From Longimicrobiales bacterium (GTDB taxonomy: Bacteria > Gemmatimonadota > Gemmatimonadetes > Longimicrobiales > Gaopeijiaceae), in the NCBI GenBank assembly GCA_965248195.1, contig CBDFIQ010000002.1, forward strand, positions 1,728,001-1,792,000: DNA of 64,000 bases, in the 5' to 3' direction. The translations under genes were made by a program, and so were the position numbers. The notes below the pieces were generated by a model, which was not told the origin of the DNA, ran no database searches, and saw only the letters and a list, made by a program, of their open reading frames with translations. This document shows positions 21,433 through 30,947 of this stretch, in pieces (the stretch's first letter is position 1; every line of letters begins with the position of its first letter).

Positions 21433-22457
21433 GGAGTCTTGGCGGGTGGCTCAGGCGTTCGTGGGACGGACGGAGCGGCCCTCTGGGCCGGCTCATGATC
21501 GGGCTACTACTTTTCGCGGAGACGCTTTACCGTGGAGCCGTCCTCCTCCGCAATCGATGTTTTGATCTTGGGATCCTGCGCCAATCCGAGAGCGGCATTC
21601 CCGTCATATCGGTAGGTAACCTCGCGGTCGGAGGAACCGGAAAGACACCGGTTTCGTCATGGCTCATCGCCCGCCTCACCGAGATGGGACACCGGCCCGC
21701 GCTCGTCACCCGGGGTTATGGCTCGGACGAAGTCCTCCTCTACGAGGTTCACAATCCCGGTGTGGCGGTGGTGGTCCAGAAGTCGAAAGTCGAGGGTGTT
21801 GCCCAGGCGGCGAGGGAGGGGGCCACAGTGGCCGTTCTGGACGACGGCTTTCAGCATCGGGCGGCGAGAAGAGACGTAGACATCGTGCTCCTGGCGGCGG
21901 AGCACGGCGTCGCAGGCCCGTTGCTTCCCCGGGGACGCTTTCGGGAGCCGGTGAGCGGGCTGTCACGGGCCGACGCGATCGTGGTCACGCGAAAGGTCGC
22001 GACCCAGGATGCAGCGTGTGCGGTGGGGCGCCTCGCCGCGAGCTGGGCGCCCAAGTCGGTGTTGGGGCAGATCCACCTGGAGGAGGACCTTTGGGCGGAG
22101 TTGGAGAGCGAGCCGACGGCCGGCGCACCCGCCGGACCGCCGGCCGGAGATCTCCTCGCCGTGTCCAGCATCGCAGAGCCCGACGGGTTCCACGAGATGG
22201 TTCGCTCCAAGGCCAGTGGGGTGGTAGAGTGCATGGCCTTCCCGGATCACCACCCGTTTTCCGACAAGGACGTTCGCCGGATCGTGGAGCGGGCAAATGG
22301 GAGGCCCGTGGTCACCACCGAGAAGGACGCCGTAAAGCTGGGGACGTTTTCGCAGGAAATGCCACGGACGTACGTTCTGCGTCTTCGGGTGGCGTGGGAC
22401 TTCGGGCAGGACGCCGTCATGGAACTCATTCGACGAGCGCTGGATAAGAACCCATGA
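21429..22457 (+). CDS. lpxK: Tetraacyldisaccharide 4'-kinase
   Basis: VGNLAVGGTGKTP, LDDGFQH, FPDHH and TTEKDAVK motifs. Confidence 0.95.
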   Translation: MRSLGGWLRRSWDGRSGPLGRLMIGLLLFAETLYRGAVLLRNRCFDLGILRQSESGIPVISVGNLAVGGTGKTPVSSWLIARLTEMGHRPALVTRGYGSDEVLLYEVHNPGVAVVVQKSKVEGVAQAAREGATVAVLDDGFQHRAARRDVDIVLLAAEHGVAGPLLPRGRFREPVSGLSRADAIVVTRKVATQDAACAVGRLAASWAPKSVLGQIHLEEDLWAELESEPTAGAPAGPPAGDLLAVSSIAEPDGFHEMVRSKASGVVECMAFPDHHPFSDKDVRRIVERANGRPVVTTEKDAVKLGTFSQEMPRTYVLRLRVAWDFGQDAVMELIRRALDKNP

Positions 22458-22927
22458 AGATCACGGCCATCGTTGTCGGTCGGGCCGGCGCTCCCTTGAA
22501 AGATGCCATACTCGAATACGAAACACGGGCGGGACGGTATTGGAAGTTCAATGTGATCGAGGTGGCATCGGAGGCCCGCCTTCTCGCTCGACTCCCCGAG
22601 GGCGCACAGATCGTCGCGCTTACACGGACCGGCCAAGGCATGAGCTCGGCGGACCTGGCCGCCTATCTCCAGGATCATGCCCTCCACTCGACCGCAGAGG
22701 TGTGTTTCGTCATTGGAGGAGCTGCGGGCCTGGACGCTGGTATTCTGGACCGAGCGCACAAGTTGTGGTCACTTTCCCATGCCACACTTCCCCATCAGCT
22801 GGCCCGGCTCGTGCTTGCCGAGCAGTTGTATCGGGCCGGCACCATCATCAGAAATGAACCCTACCACAAAGGACCGACGTCGAGGCGCCAACAAGCACCC
22901 CCGTCGTCGAAGAGCCATCGTGCATAG
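22454..22927 (+). CDS. rlmH: 23S rRNA pseudouridine-1915 N3-methyltransferase (apparent internal deletion)
   Basis: FVIGGAAG, SLSHATLPHQLARLVLAEQLYRA and PYHK motifs. Confidence 0.9.
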   Translation: MKITAIVVGRAGAPLKDAILEYETRAGRYWKFNVIEVASEARLLARLPEGAQIVALTRTGQGMSSADLAAYLQDHALHSTAEVCFVIGGAAGLDAGILDRAHKLWSLSHATLPHQLARLVLAEQLYRAGTIIRNEPYHKGPTSRRQQAPPSSKSHRA

Positions 22928-22948
22928 GATCTGGATCTGGAGGATCGG

Positions 22949-24550
22949 CTGAACTTCGAACTTCTGATAGGGCGACCCTCGGGCTCGCCCCTGTATGAGG
23001 AATATCTGCGCGGGAGCGATGCCGTGGCCTCCTTCTACTCGGGCGCCTGGCAGGACCCGAAGGCCTATCGGGATCTCTTGGAGGGCGTCGATGCACGCTT
23101 CGATTCCCATGCTCGACGGCGGGCACTCGGGGCACTGCGAGTTCCGGAAAGCGTCGACCAGGAGCGGCTCGACCGATGGGTCGAGGAACACGGCGTCATC
23201 GTCACGACCGGCCAGCAGCCCGGCCTCCTGGGAGGCCCACTCTACTCGCTCTACAAGGGCATTTCGGCGGTTCGCCTGGCGGAGCAGCTCGAGCGGTCCC
23301 TGGCCCGGCCGGTGCTCCCCGTGTTCTGGGTGGCCTCGGAGGATCATGACTGGGATGAGGCAGACCACACGTACGTCATCGACACTGCGAACGAACTGGT
23401 CCGTCTTCAGGTGCGAGATCCCGGACACGTCAGGCAGGCTCTGCACCGTATCCCACTCGGTGATGAGATGGCCGATGTGTTGGAGCAGGCCATACAGAAT
23501 CTTCCCGCGACGGATTTCAGCGCTCACTACGTCGACCTGCTTCGCGAGGCCTACAAGCCGGGGGCGACCCTTGCGGATGGCTTCGCAGAAGTGCTTTTCA
23601 GCCTTTTGGCACCGCTCGGCATGTGTTTCGCCGACGCGGCGTCGCCGGCCGTCAAGGAGCTCTCGGGACCGCTCCTCCTGGAGGAGCTGGATCGAGCCGA
23701 GGCGCATGAAGCGCTGCTTCGGGAGGATGCGGAGAAGCTCGAAGGCGCCGGCTATACACCACAGGTGACCATCTTGGACGGGGCGGTCAATCTCTTCTTG
23801 GAGGGTTCCGAGGGACGGGAGCGGATCTACCGGAACGGGAGGGACTTCGAGCTTCGCCGTTCTCGAGAGTCCGTGGCGGCGGAGGCGATACGCGAGCGCG
23901 CCGAGGCCGATCCGCTCACGCTGAGTCCGAACGTACTTCTCCGTCCCGTGGTCGAGAGCACGATCTTTCCCGTGGTCAGCTACGTGGCCGGTCCCGGTGA
24001 AGCGGCGTATTACGCCCAGATCAAGCGACTCTTCGAAGCTCATGGACTCACGATGCCGGTGATCTACCCCCGGCATGCCGTGACGGTGATCGAGGCCAAA
24101 GTCCGAAAGAGGCTCGACAAATTCGGCCTGGACCTGGAGCGCCTTCAACGTCCCCTGCACGAAATCATGTCCGATATCGCCCGCGATGAAGTGCCAGAGG
24201 GTGTACTTCAGGCTCTGGAGGACCTCAAGAGCTCCGTGGAACGGGGCTCCGCCGATCTCCTCAAAGCCGCGACGGGCATCGACCCCACGCTGGAGGGTCC
24301 GGTCACGAACGCCCGAAACAATGCGCTGTCCGCTTTTCAAGCCGCGGAACGAAAGATCATACAGAGCGTAAAGCGGGAGAACGAAGTCGCGTCGAGCCAA
24401 CTCGAGGTGGCGCAACGCCACCTTTTTCCGGACGGGCAGCCCCAAGAGCGAATGCTGGCGCCCTTGTACTACCTGGTTCGCTACGGGAGTGACTTCGTGG
24501 CATCCCTCGCCGAGGGTTTTACGGTGGATTTGGCTGAAGAGACGGAGTAG
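22949..24550 (+). CDS. bshC: Bacillithiol biosynthesis cysteine-adding enzyme (probable CTG start)
   Basis: TTGQQPGLLGGPLYSLYK, FWVASEDHDWDE, SPNVLLRP, GPGEAAYYAQ and PQER motifs. GGAGG 5 nt before CTG 22949. Confidence 0.9.
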   Translation: MNFELLIGRPSGSPLYEEYLRGSDAVASFYSGAWQDPKAYRDLLEGVDARFDSHARRRALGALRVPESVDQERLDRWVEEHGVIVTTGQQPGLLGGPLYSLYKGISAVRLAEQLERSLARPVLPVFWVASEDHDWDEADHTYVIDTANELVRLQVRDPGHVRQALHRIPLGDEMADVLEQAIQNLPATDFSAHYVDLLREAYKPGATLADGFAEVLFSLLAPLGMCFADAASPAVKELSGPLLLEELDRAEAHEALLREDAEKLEGAGYTPQVTILDGAVNLFLEGSEGRERIYRNGRDFELRRSRESVAAEAIRERAEADPLTLSPNVLLRPVVESTIFPVVSYVAGPGEAAYYAQIKRLFEAHGLTMPVIYPRHAVTVIEAKVRKRLDKFGLDLERLQRPLHEIMSDIARDEVPEGVLQALEDLKSSVERGSADLLKAATGIDPTLEGPVTNARNNALSAFQAAERKIIQSVKRENEVASSQLEVAQRHLFPDGQPQERMLAPLYYLVRYGSDFVASLAEGFTVDLAEETE

Positions 24551-24561
24551 CTTTCATCATC

Positions 24562-24840
24562 ATGATCCCGATGATTTTCCTCCTCGTTCTCCTGATCCCG
24601 ATCTTGGCGATCGTCCTGGATTCTCCGATGGGGCGGGCCCTCGCCGGACGCATGGAGCGCCGCGGGCTTTCCTCCGGAGGTGAAGACGCGACCTCCGAGC
24701 GGCTTTCCTACCTGGAGGGGGAGGTGGAGCGGCTGACCACGGAAATGCGGAAGCTCGAGGAAGAGAGCCAGTTCTTGAATCAGCTCCTCACCGATCGGCC
24801 CGATTCACGGGTGCTACCGCCTGGTGACGAGAACGGTTAG
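24562..24840 (+). CDS. Small membrane protein with coiled coil
   Basis: N-terminal hydrophobic helix, heptad-rich C-terminus, operonic position. Confidence 0.65.
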   Translation: MIPMIFLLVLLIPILAIVLDSPMGRALAGRMERRGLSSGGEDATSERLSYLEGEVERLTTEMRKLEEESQFLNQLLTDRPDSRVLPPGDENG

Positions 24841-26473
24841 CCCCCCTTCTCGAGCCGCCCGACGCTCCCGCGCCGCCTTTACGGTGGGCGCGGGCATTTT
24901 TTTCAGCCGTGTCAGCGGGTTCATCCGAAGCGTGCTGCTGGCCTCGTTCTTCGGAGCGTCAGGCCTGATGGACGTGTGGGTAGCGGCTACCAAGATCCCC
25001 AACGTCATCCAGAACCTTCTGGGCGAAGGGACGCTCAGCGCCTCGGTGATTCCGGTATACGCGGAGTTCCTGGAAGAAGGGCGGGAGGAGGAGGCGGGGC
25101 GGTTCGCCGGGGCGGTGCTCGGCATCCTCATGACGGTGGCGGGGGGAGCCGCGCTTCTGGGGATGCTTTTGGCACCTGTCTTCGTCCCGATGGCGTTCTT
25201 CCGGTGGGATCCGGACAAGCTGGCGCTCACCACGATCATCGTTCAGATCCTGTTTCCGATGACCGCCGTGCTCGTGGTGTCGGCATGGGCGCTCGCGATC
25301 CTCAACAGCCACCGCCGCTTCCTGGTGTCTTATATGGCTCCGGTCGCGTGGAACGGTGCGATCATCGCAACCCTGGTGGCGATGGCGTTCGGCTTCGGCT
25401 GGTCCGGGCGTCAGCTCCTCCTCGCGGCTGCCTGGGGGGCTTTGGGAGGCGGGATTCTTCAGTTCGCGGTGCAGCTTCCGTACGTGGTGCCGCTCCTCGA
25501 GCACTTCCGTCTTTCCCTGGACCGGACCGTGAGCGGGGTGGGGGAGGCCATCCGAAATTTCGTGCCGGTGGTCATGGCCCGCGGCGTCGTCAACATCGGC
25601 AGTTTGCTCGACGTCGTCGTCGCCGGGCTGCTCGCAGAGGGAGCGCTGGCCGCTCTCGGATATGCTCAGATGCTGTACCTGCTCCCCATTTCCCTTTTCG
25701 GGATGGCCATCGCCGCCTCCGAGCTGCCGGAGCTCTCCCGGCAGCGCAAGGCCCCCGCCAGCGAGGTCGCACTACAGGTCTCGGCGGCCCTCGAGCGGAT
25801 CCATTTTCTCCTCGTCCCCTCCGTCGCCGCCTTCCTTCTGCTGGGCGATGTGTTCATCGGGGGCCTGTATCAACGCGGAGAATTTCGTTCGACGGACACG
25901 CCGGTGGTTTACGCCGTCCTCGCAGCGTATGCACTGGGTCTTCTCGCTTCCGCGGGTTCACGGGTACTGTCCTCCGCATTCTATGCGCTGCGAGACACCC
26001 GCACGCCGGCTCGGATGGCCTATCTCCGAGTGCTGGTGTCCCTGGCCGTCGGCATATCCTTGATGTTTCCGCTCGACCGGTTCACCTCCGCCGAGCTCCA
26101 CTACGGGGCAACGGGTCTCGCGCTGGGCGCGTCGGTGGCCGCGTGGCTCGAGTACGCCCTGCTCCGGAGGCGTCTGGCAAGTGTCCTCGGACCGCATGGT
26201 GCCGCCCCCTCCGTTCGCGGTCGCATCCTGGCAGCGACGGCCCTCGCCGTTCTCGCCGGGGTCGGCTCCAAGTGGATCCTCGGATCGACCGTGCCGCTTC
26301 ACGACGGCATGATTGCGGGACTTCTCGGTGACACGGCGCCCTGGCTCGTACAACCCGCGCTGGCCGCGAGCACAGCCTTCGTCTTTGGTGTTGCTTACCT
26401 TACCGTGACCGCCCGTCTCGGTGTCGGCCCGCCGCTCCGGCAGCTCATGGGGCGGGAACCCAAACACTTCTGA
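24824..26473 (+). CDS. murJ: Lipid II flippase MurJ
   Basis: SRVSGFIR, IPNVIQNLLGEGTLSASVIP and FYALRDTRTP motifs, many transmembrane segments. Confidence 0.93.
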   Translation: MTRTVSPPSRAARRSRAAFTVGAGIFFSRVSGFIRSVLLASFFGASGLMDVWVAATKIPNVIQNLLGEGTLSASVIPVYAEFLEEGREEEAGRFAGAVLGILMTVAGGAALLGMLLAPVFVPMAFFRWDPDKLALTTIIVQILFPMTAVLVVSAWALAILNSHRRFLVSYMAPVAWNGAIIATLVAMAFGFGWSGRQLLLAAAWGALGGGILQFAVQLPYVVPLLEHFRLSLDRTVSGVGEAIRNFVPVVMARGVVNIGSLLDVVVAGLLAEGALAALGYAQMLYLLPISLFGMAIAASELPELSRQRKAPASEVALQVSAALERIHFLLVPSVAAFLLLGDVFIGGLYQRGEFRSTDTPVVYAVLAAYALGLLASAGSRVLSSAFYALRDTRTPARMAYLRVLVSLAVGISLMFPLDRFTSAELHYGATGLALGASVAAWLEYALLRRRLASVLGPHGAAPSVRGRILAATALAVLAGVGSKWILGSTVPLHDGMIAGLLGDTAPWLVQPALAASTAFVFGVAYLTVTARLGVGPPLRQLMGREPKHF

Positions 26474-26483
26474 GTATCCGGTA

Positions 26484-28331
26484 GTGGCACGACTCGTACT
26501 TCAGGATCAGCTCAAGACCCTCCCCACCCGTCCGGGCGTGTACCTGTTCAAGGACGCCGGCGGCGAGGTTGTCTATGTCGGGAAGGCCGGCTCGTTACGC
26601 CCCCGAGTACGGAGCTACTTCAGCGCCTCCAACCAGTCTGCGAAGACGCGCGAAATGTTGCGGCACGTCGTGTCCCTGGAAACGATCGTCGTGGGATCGG
26701 AGGCGGAGGCCTTGATTCTCGAGGCCAACCTGATCAAGGAATATCAGCCGCGCTTCAACATTCAGCTCCGCGATGACAAGCGTTACCCCTACATCAAGGT
26801 CACCATCAAGGAGCCGTTTCCGAGGGTCTTCGTGACTCGAAAGCTTCACGACGACGGGTCCAGATATTTCGGGCCCTACACGTCGGTGGGGGTGATGCGC
26901 CAGGCTCTCGAGGTGATCAAACGGCTCTATACCGTTCGCTCCTGCAGTTACGATCTTCCGCGGGAGGCGCCGGACCGTCCCTGCCTGGATTACCACATCG
27001 GGCGATGCCTCGCCCCGTGCGTGGGTCTGCAGGATCAGTCCTCGTACGGCGACATGATCGCGGAGATTCTCAAGATTCTGGATGGTGACACCGAGGGTGT
27101 TCGCAATCGGGTCGAGGGCCTCATGCAGGAGGCCTCCGGCGATCTCGAATTCGAGCGTGCCGGCCGTCTCCGCGACGTCTTGTCCGGGCTCGATGCCTTG
27201 GCACGTCAGCAGCGCGTGGAGCGGCTCAGGGGAGGGGATTACGACGTCGTAGGCCTGGCCCGCGACGGTGACCTGGCCGCTACCGTCGTCCTCAGAATCA
27301 GATCGGGCGTGCTCCTGGGGCGCGACACGCAGAGATTTTCCGACGTCGGCGAGGAGAGTGACGCCTCTTTGATCACCACCTTTGCGTCCCGGTATTACTT
27401 GAGCAGCGGGAGGGGAGGGACGGGGGGGACGCGCCGAGGGTCGCGTCTCCCCAGAGAGATACTCATCCCCGCGGAGTTCGACGACAGAGAGCTCGTCGAG
27501 GACATCCTGTCCGACGAGGCGGGAAGAAGACTCCGCGTGTATGCCCCGAAGAAGGGGACGAAGGTACGCCTGTCGGAGCTCGCGGCCGACAACGCGCGCC
27601 ACGCCCTCGAGGACCGTCTCACCGCGCTGGAGCAAGTCGAAGACCGGGCCGAGGCAGTGCTCTACGATCTGCGGGACCGGCTCGATCTGAAGATCGTTCC
27701 CCGTCTCATCGTGTGTGTCGATATCAGCCATCATCAGGGCACGGAGACCGTAGGGAGCGCCATCGTATTCGAGAATGGCGCCCCCAAGAAGAGCGAGTAC
27801 CGGCACATGCGCGTCAAAGGAGAATGGGGAAACGACGACTACCGTTCCATGGCGGAGGTGGTCTCCAGATATTTTCGGCGGCGGGTGGATGAGGAGCGGC
27901 CCATCCCCGATCTTCTCGTCGTGGACGGCGGAAAGGGTCAACTCGGCGCCGCCCGTGGTGCACTCGAGGAGCTCGGCGTGACGGATGTCGCCCTCGCCGC
28001 GTTGGCCAAACGTGAAGAGGTCATCTTTCGCCCCGGGCGAACCGATGCGATCCGTCTCGGGCGAAAAAATCCCGCCCTCCACCTCCTCCAGCGACTTCGG
28101 GACGAAGCGCATCGTTTTGCCGTGTCCTACAACCGCAAATTGCGAAAAAAGCGAACCCTGCGGAGTGATCTTTCCGAGATCCCCGGAATTGGTCCCGAAC
28201 GGCAGAAAATTCTGCTCTCGCGCTTCGGATCCGTGCGTGGCGTCCGGGCCGCTACCGCCCAGGAGATCGCACGACTTCCGGGGATCAGCGAGAGGCTCGC
28301 CGTACGGGTTCTGACCTACCTGGGCAGCTGA
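26484..28331 (+). CDS. uvrC: Excinuclease ABC subunit C
   Basis: GIY-YIG region (PGVYLFKD..YVGKA), DISH, VDGGKGQL, RDEAHRFA and C-terminal HhH. Confidence 0.96.
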   Translation: MARLVLQDQLKTLPTRPGVYLFKDAGGEVVYVGKAGSLRPRVRSYFSASNQSAKTREMLRHVVSLETIVVGSEAEALILEANLIKEYQPRFNIQLRDDKRYPYIKVTIKEPFPRVFVTRKLHDDGSRYFGPYTSVGVMRQALEVIKRLYTVRSCSYDLPREAPDRPCLDYHIGRCLAPCVGLQDQSSYGDMIAEILKILDGDTEGVRNRVEGLMQEASGDLEFERAGRLRDVLSGLDALARQQRVERLRGGDYDVVGLARDGDLAATVVLRIRSGVLLGRDTQRFSDVGEESDASLITTFASRYYLSSGRGGTGGTRRGSRLPREILIPAEFDDRELVEDILSDEAGRRLRVYAPKKGTKVRLSELAADNARHALEDRLTALEQVEDRAEAVLYDLRDRLDLKIVPRLIVCVDISHHQGTETVGSAIVFENGAPKKSEYRHMRVKGEWGNDDYRSMAEVVSRYFRRRVDEERPIPDLLVVDGGKGQLGAARGALEELGVTDVALAALAKREEVIFRPGRTDAIRLGRKNPALHLLQRLRDEAHRFAVSYNRKLRKKRTLRSDLSEIPGIGPERQKILLSRFGSVRGVRAATAQEIARLPGISERLAVRVLTYLGS

Positions 28332-28373
28332 GGACCAAGGCAGAGCAAGGAAAGTCCGAATCCATGTGAACTC

Positions 28374-28389
28374 TGGCAGGCGTTTTGCG
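28374..28389 (+). promoter_or_regulatory. Putative sigma54 (-24/-12) promoter
   Basis: TGGCAGGCGTTTTGCG has GG-N10-GC spacing, ~95 nt upstream of the TPR gene. Confidence 0.45.
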
Positions 28390-28482
28390 GTATGTTGTAA
28401 AGAATCACGGCCCTTAGCGGCCGCTTCATGGCGGATCGAGCTTCCTCAAGTCCGGCATACACACGTTTCAGGAGAGAGTCAG

Positions 28483-29856
28483 ATGTACTTCGGGACCAGA
28501 TTGTTCGTCTTCGCGCTCGGCGCCGCATTAGTGCCTCAACTCGCCGCCGCACAGCAGGAGCCGCGCACGAGTAGGTATACTGCCATGTCTGCCTTGCGGA
28601 TCCAGGAGGCGCAAACGGCCGAGGACGACTCGCTCCGAGCGGAAGCCTACCGCGAGGCGCTCGAGGTCATCTACGATGGGCTCACAAACGAGGACGACAA
28701 TCCCGAGGCCTATCTCCATCTAGGGATCGTGCAGATCGGGCTCGAAAACTATCTGGCGGCGGACAGTGCGATGGATCGGGCCGAGGCCTTGTACCCCGAC
28801 TACGTGGACATAGAACGCGGGACCGGGGCGTACCGATTCCAAGGATGGTTGCAGGCCTATAACTATGCGGTAGGCAGGCTGGATGAGCAGGATACTCGGG
28901 CAGCCCTAGAGTTCTTTCACTTGGCGAACATGCTGTACGACAAGCGGCCCGAAGCCTACTTGAACATTGGGTCCCAGACCGTCGGTCTGGGTGAGCTCGA
29001 CGAGAGCATCGAGGCTTGGCGAGGTGCGATCGCCGTAATCGAGTCTCCTGACGCCGACCCCGGAGACGATGCGACCCGCCAGGCGTGGGACACGGAGTTC
29101 TGGCCCATGGCTCATGCCAACCTCGGCCAGGTCCTCGTAATGGCTGAACGTGCCGAAGAAGCCATCATCGTCTACCAGACGATGCTCGAACGCGATCCGG
29201 ACAATCTTCAAGTGCAGAGTTCTCTGGCCCTAGCGCTCTCTTCCTCAGGACAGGGGGACGACGCGCTTTCGATCTTCGACGACATTCTCGGGGCTGAAGA
29301 CGCGGCCCCGCTCGATTATTACAACGCGGGCGTGTCACTGTACCAGGCAGAGCGGTTTGAGCAGGCCGTCGAAGGGTTCGAGAAGGCACTCGAACGAGCT
29401 CCCATGTACAGGGATGCCTTCCAAAATTTGGCCCAAAGCCTCAACGCGATGGAGGACTACGAGGCCCAAGTCCCCTACTCGGAGAGGCTCCTCGAGTTGG
29501 ATCCCTACAATGAATTCGGCTACCGGATGCATATCCGGGCGCTGGTTGGGGTTGGGCGCCAAGACGATGGTGTCGCCGCACTCGATATCATGCAGGAGTT
29601 GCCTTTCGTGACCGACAATCTCCAGCTCCAGCCGATGAACGCCGGCGCCAGCGTTTCAGGCACGATCATAAACAAGACGTTGGAGCCCGGGACGACCGTC
29701 ACGCTGCGCTTCACCTTTTACGACAACAGCGGGAATCCTCTCGGCACTGAGGATACCGAGGTTACGATTTCGGACCCCGAGGTAGCGCATACCTTTCAGC
29801 TTACGTTCGATGCGGACATGCAGGTGTTGGGATACAGCTACGAGCTCGTGAGCTAG
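28483..29856 (+). CDS. Secreted tetratricopeptide-repeat protein with C-terminal FxLYD-like domain
   Basis: SD CAGGAG, signal peptide, multiple TPRs (YYNAGVSLYQAERFEQAVEGF), C-terminal LRFTFYDNSGNPLG. Confidence 0.8.
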   Translation: MYFGTRLFVFALGAALVPQLAAAQQEPRTSRYTAMSALRIQEAQTAEDDSLRAEAYREALEVIYDGLTNEDDNPEAYLHLGIVQIGLENYLAADSAMDRAEALYPDYVDIERGTGAYRFQGWLQAYNYAVGRLDEQDTRAALEFFHLANMLYDKRPEAYLNIGSQTVGLGELDESIEAWRGAIAVIESPDADPGDDATRQAWDTEFWPMAHANLGQVLVMAERAEEAIIVYQTMLERDPDNLQVQSSLALALSSSGQGDDALSIFDDILGAEDAAPLDYYNAGVSLYQAERFEQAVEGFEKALERAPMYRDAFQNLAQSLNAMEDYEAQVPYSERLLELDPYNEFGYRMHIRALVGVGRQDDGVAALDIMQELPFVTDNLQLQPMNAGASVSGTIINKTLEPGTTVTLRFTFYDNSGNPLGTEDTEVTISDPEVAHTFQLTFDADMQVLGYSYELVS

Positions 29857-29915
29857 CTGTCGAAGATCTCTTACGGCCACCGCTGATTTTTTTTCGGCCG
29901 TCGCGGGCGGCCGTC

Positions 29916-29988
29916 GCGGGCGTAGCTCAGTTGGTAGAGCATCAGCTTCCCAAGCTGAGGGTCGCCGGTTCGAGTCCGGTCGCCCGCT
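29916..29988 (+). tRNA. tRNA-Gly (CCC)
   Basis: Full cloverleaf: acceptor GCGGGCG/CGCCCGC, D arm GCTC/GAGC, anticodon arm TCAGC-TTCCCAA-GCTGA, T loop TTCGAGT. CCA not encoded. Confidence 0.97.
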
Positions 29989-30001
29989 TAGGCGGAAATG
30001 G

Positions 30002-30036
30002 AAGCCCGGTAAGGACTTAGAGCCTTGCCGGCTTCT
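30002..30036 (+). terminator. Hairpin after tRNA-Gly (also at 46180-46215)
   Basis: AAGCCCGGTAAGG-acttagag-CCTTGCCGG(G)CTT stem-loop. Confidence 0.55.
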
Positions 30037-30059
30037 CTCATGCCACCCCGATTCTGTCG

Positions 30060-30084
30060 CCAGTGTCACTCACAGTGACAAACC
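30060..30084 (+). repeat. Putative integrase arm-type sites (partner at 45960-45984)
   Basis: ccagtgtca-ctca-cagtgacaaacc versus ccagtgtca-gaac-cagtgacaaacc. Confidence 0.65.
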
Positions 30085-30110
30085 AGGGGCGAAAAAAAGA
30101 GGGGGTGTGG

Positions 30111-30612
30111 TTAGCTGGCAACCTCCTCCAAGCGTAACAGGCGGTTTCCGAGAGCCTCACGGTGGTCCTCGATCCTGAACTCCACGACCTCGGGCAGTGT
30201 CAACTTCTCTTCGTTCCACGCCCGTGTCCGCTGGTCGATCGTGTGACCGTAGACGTTTTCGATCATGCTCGTCGAGCGGTGGCCCATCTCACCCCGCACG
30301 GTCCACAGCGACACCGGAGCGCCGTGCTCGGCCGTGTAGAGCCGTGCTGTGGCGTACGAGTGTCTGAAGGCGGTGGCGCGTAGGGATCCGCGCTCGAAGC
30401 CCGCCCTAGTGCCGATCTGGTCGAGCGATTTCCGGACGTTGTCGATCATGTGTTCGTTGTTGCCGCCGCGGGTAGCAGGGAAAAGGAGGTCATGGAGCCC
30501 GCCGTCCTGCTCCCGCTGGATGAGGTACGCTCTGAGGATCTCCTCCAGTTGCGGGAAGAGCGGGAGCGTCCGCTCCGAGCCGGCGGTTTTCAGCCGACGC
30601 CACTTGTTCGGT
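30111..30612 (-). pseudogene. Tyrosine recombinase/integrase, C-terminal fragment
   Basis: RLKTAGSERTLPL, FRHSYAT and MGHRS..MIENVYGH (catalytic K, R, H, Y). N-terminal half absent. Confidence 0.85.
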
Positions 30613-30639
30613 CCGCAGCGGCTTCGGCACCTGGAGTTC

Positions 30640-30890
30640 CCCATGATGCAAAGCTCGGCGACCAGGAACGTCTTCTCTCAACCTTCTCCAAGAACTTCGT
30701 GAATCTCAGGTACCCATATGAGAGGTATAGGAAGGAATCACCCGCGGACTTACGTGCTCGGGGTGAGAAATGGATAGCGGACGGTGCGCCGACCGAGGAG
30801 GCTGATTTCGTATACTACCCGACCGAGTTGGGCGGTCTTATACATGCGCTGCAGCAAGAGGTTGAGATGTGGCTCGAGGATCGTTGTTGA
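30640..30890 (+). pseudogene. 3' fragment of a possible HEPN-like protein
   Basis: ...FVNLRYPYE... with no plausible 5' part. Abuts the truncated integrase. Confidence 0.35.
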
Positions 30891-30947
30891 AGCGACGGCG
30901 CATTGAGACAGGCAGCTCGTAGGATAGTCGCGTAGATGAGTAGCTCG

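Noticed and set aside
22769..28112. Long antisense or alternative-frame ORFs (22769-24445, 24976-26331, 26595-28112, similarly 56966-58258)
   Set aside because: Shadow ORFs of high-GC core genes with no recognisable motifs.
29895..29920. 13-bp tandem duplication (cggccgtcgcggg x2) overlapping the tRNA 5' end
   Set aside because: Real but probably a trivial slippage event, and the tRNA is intact.
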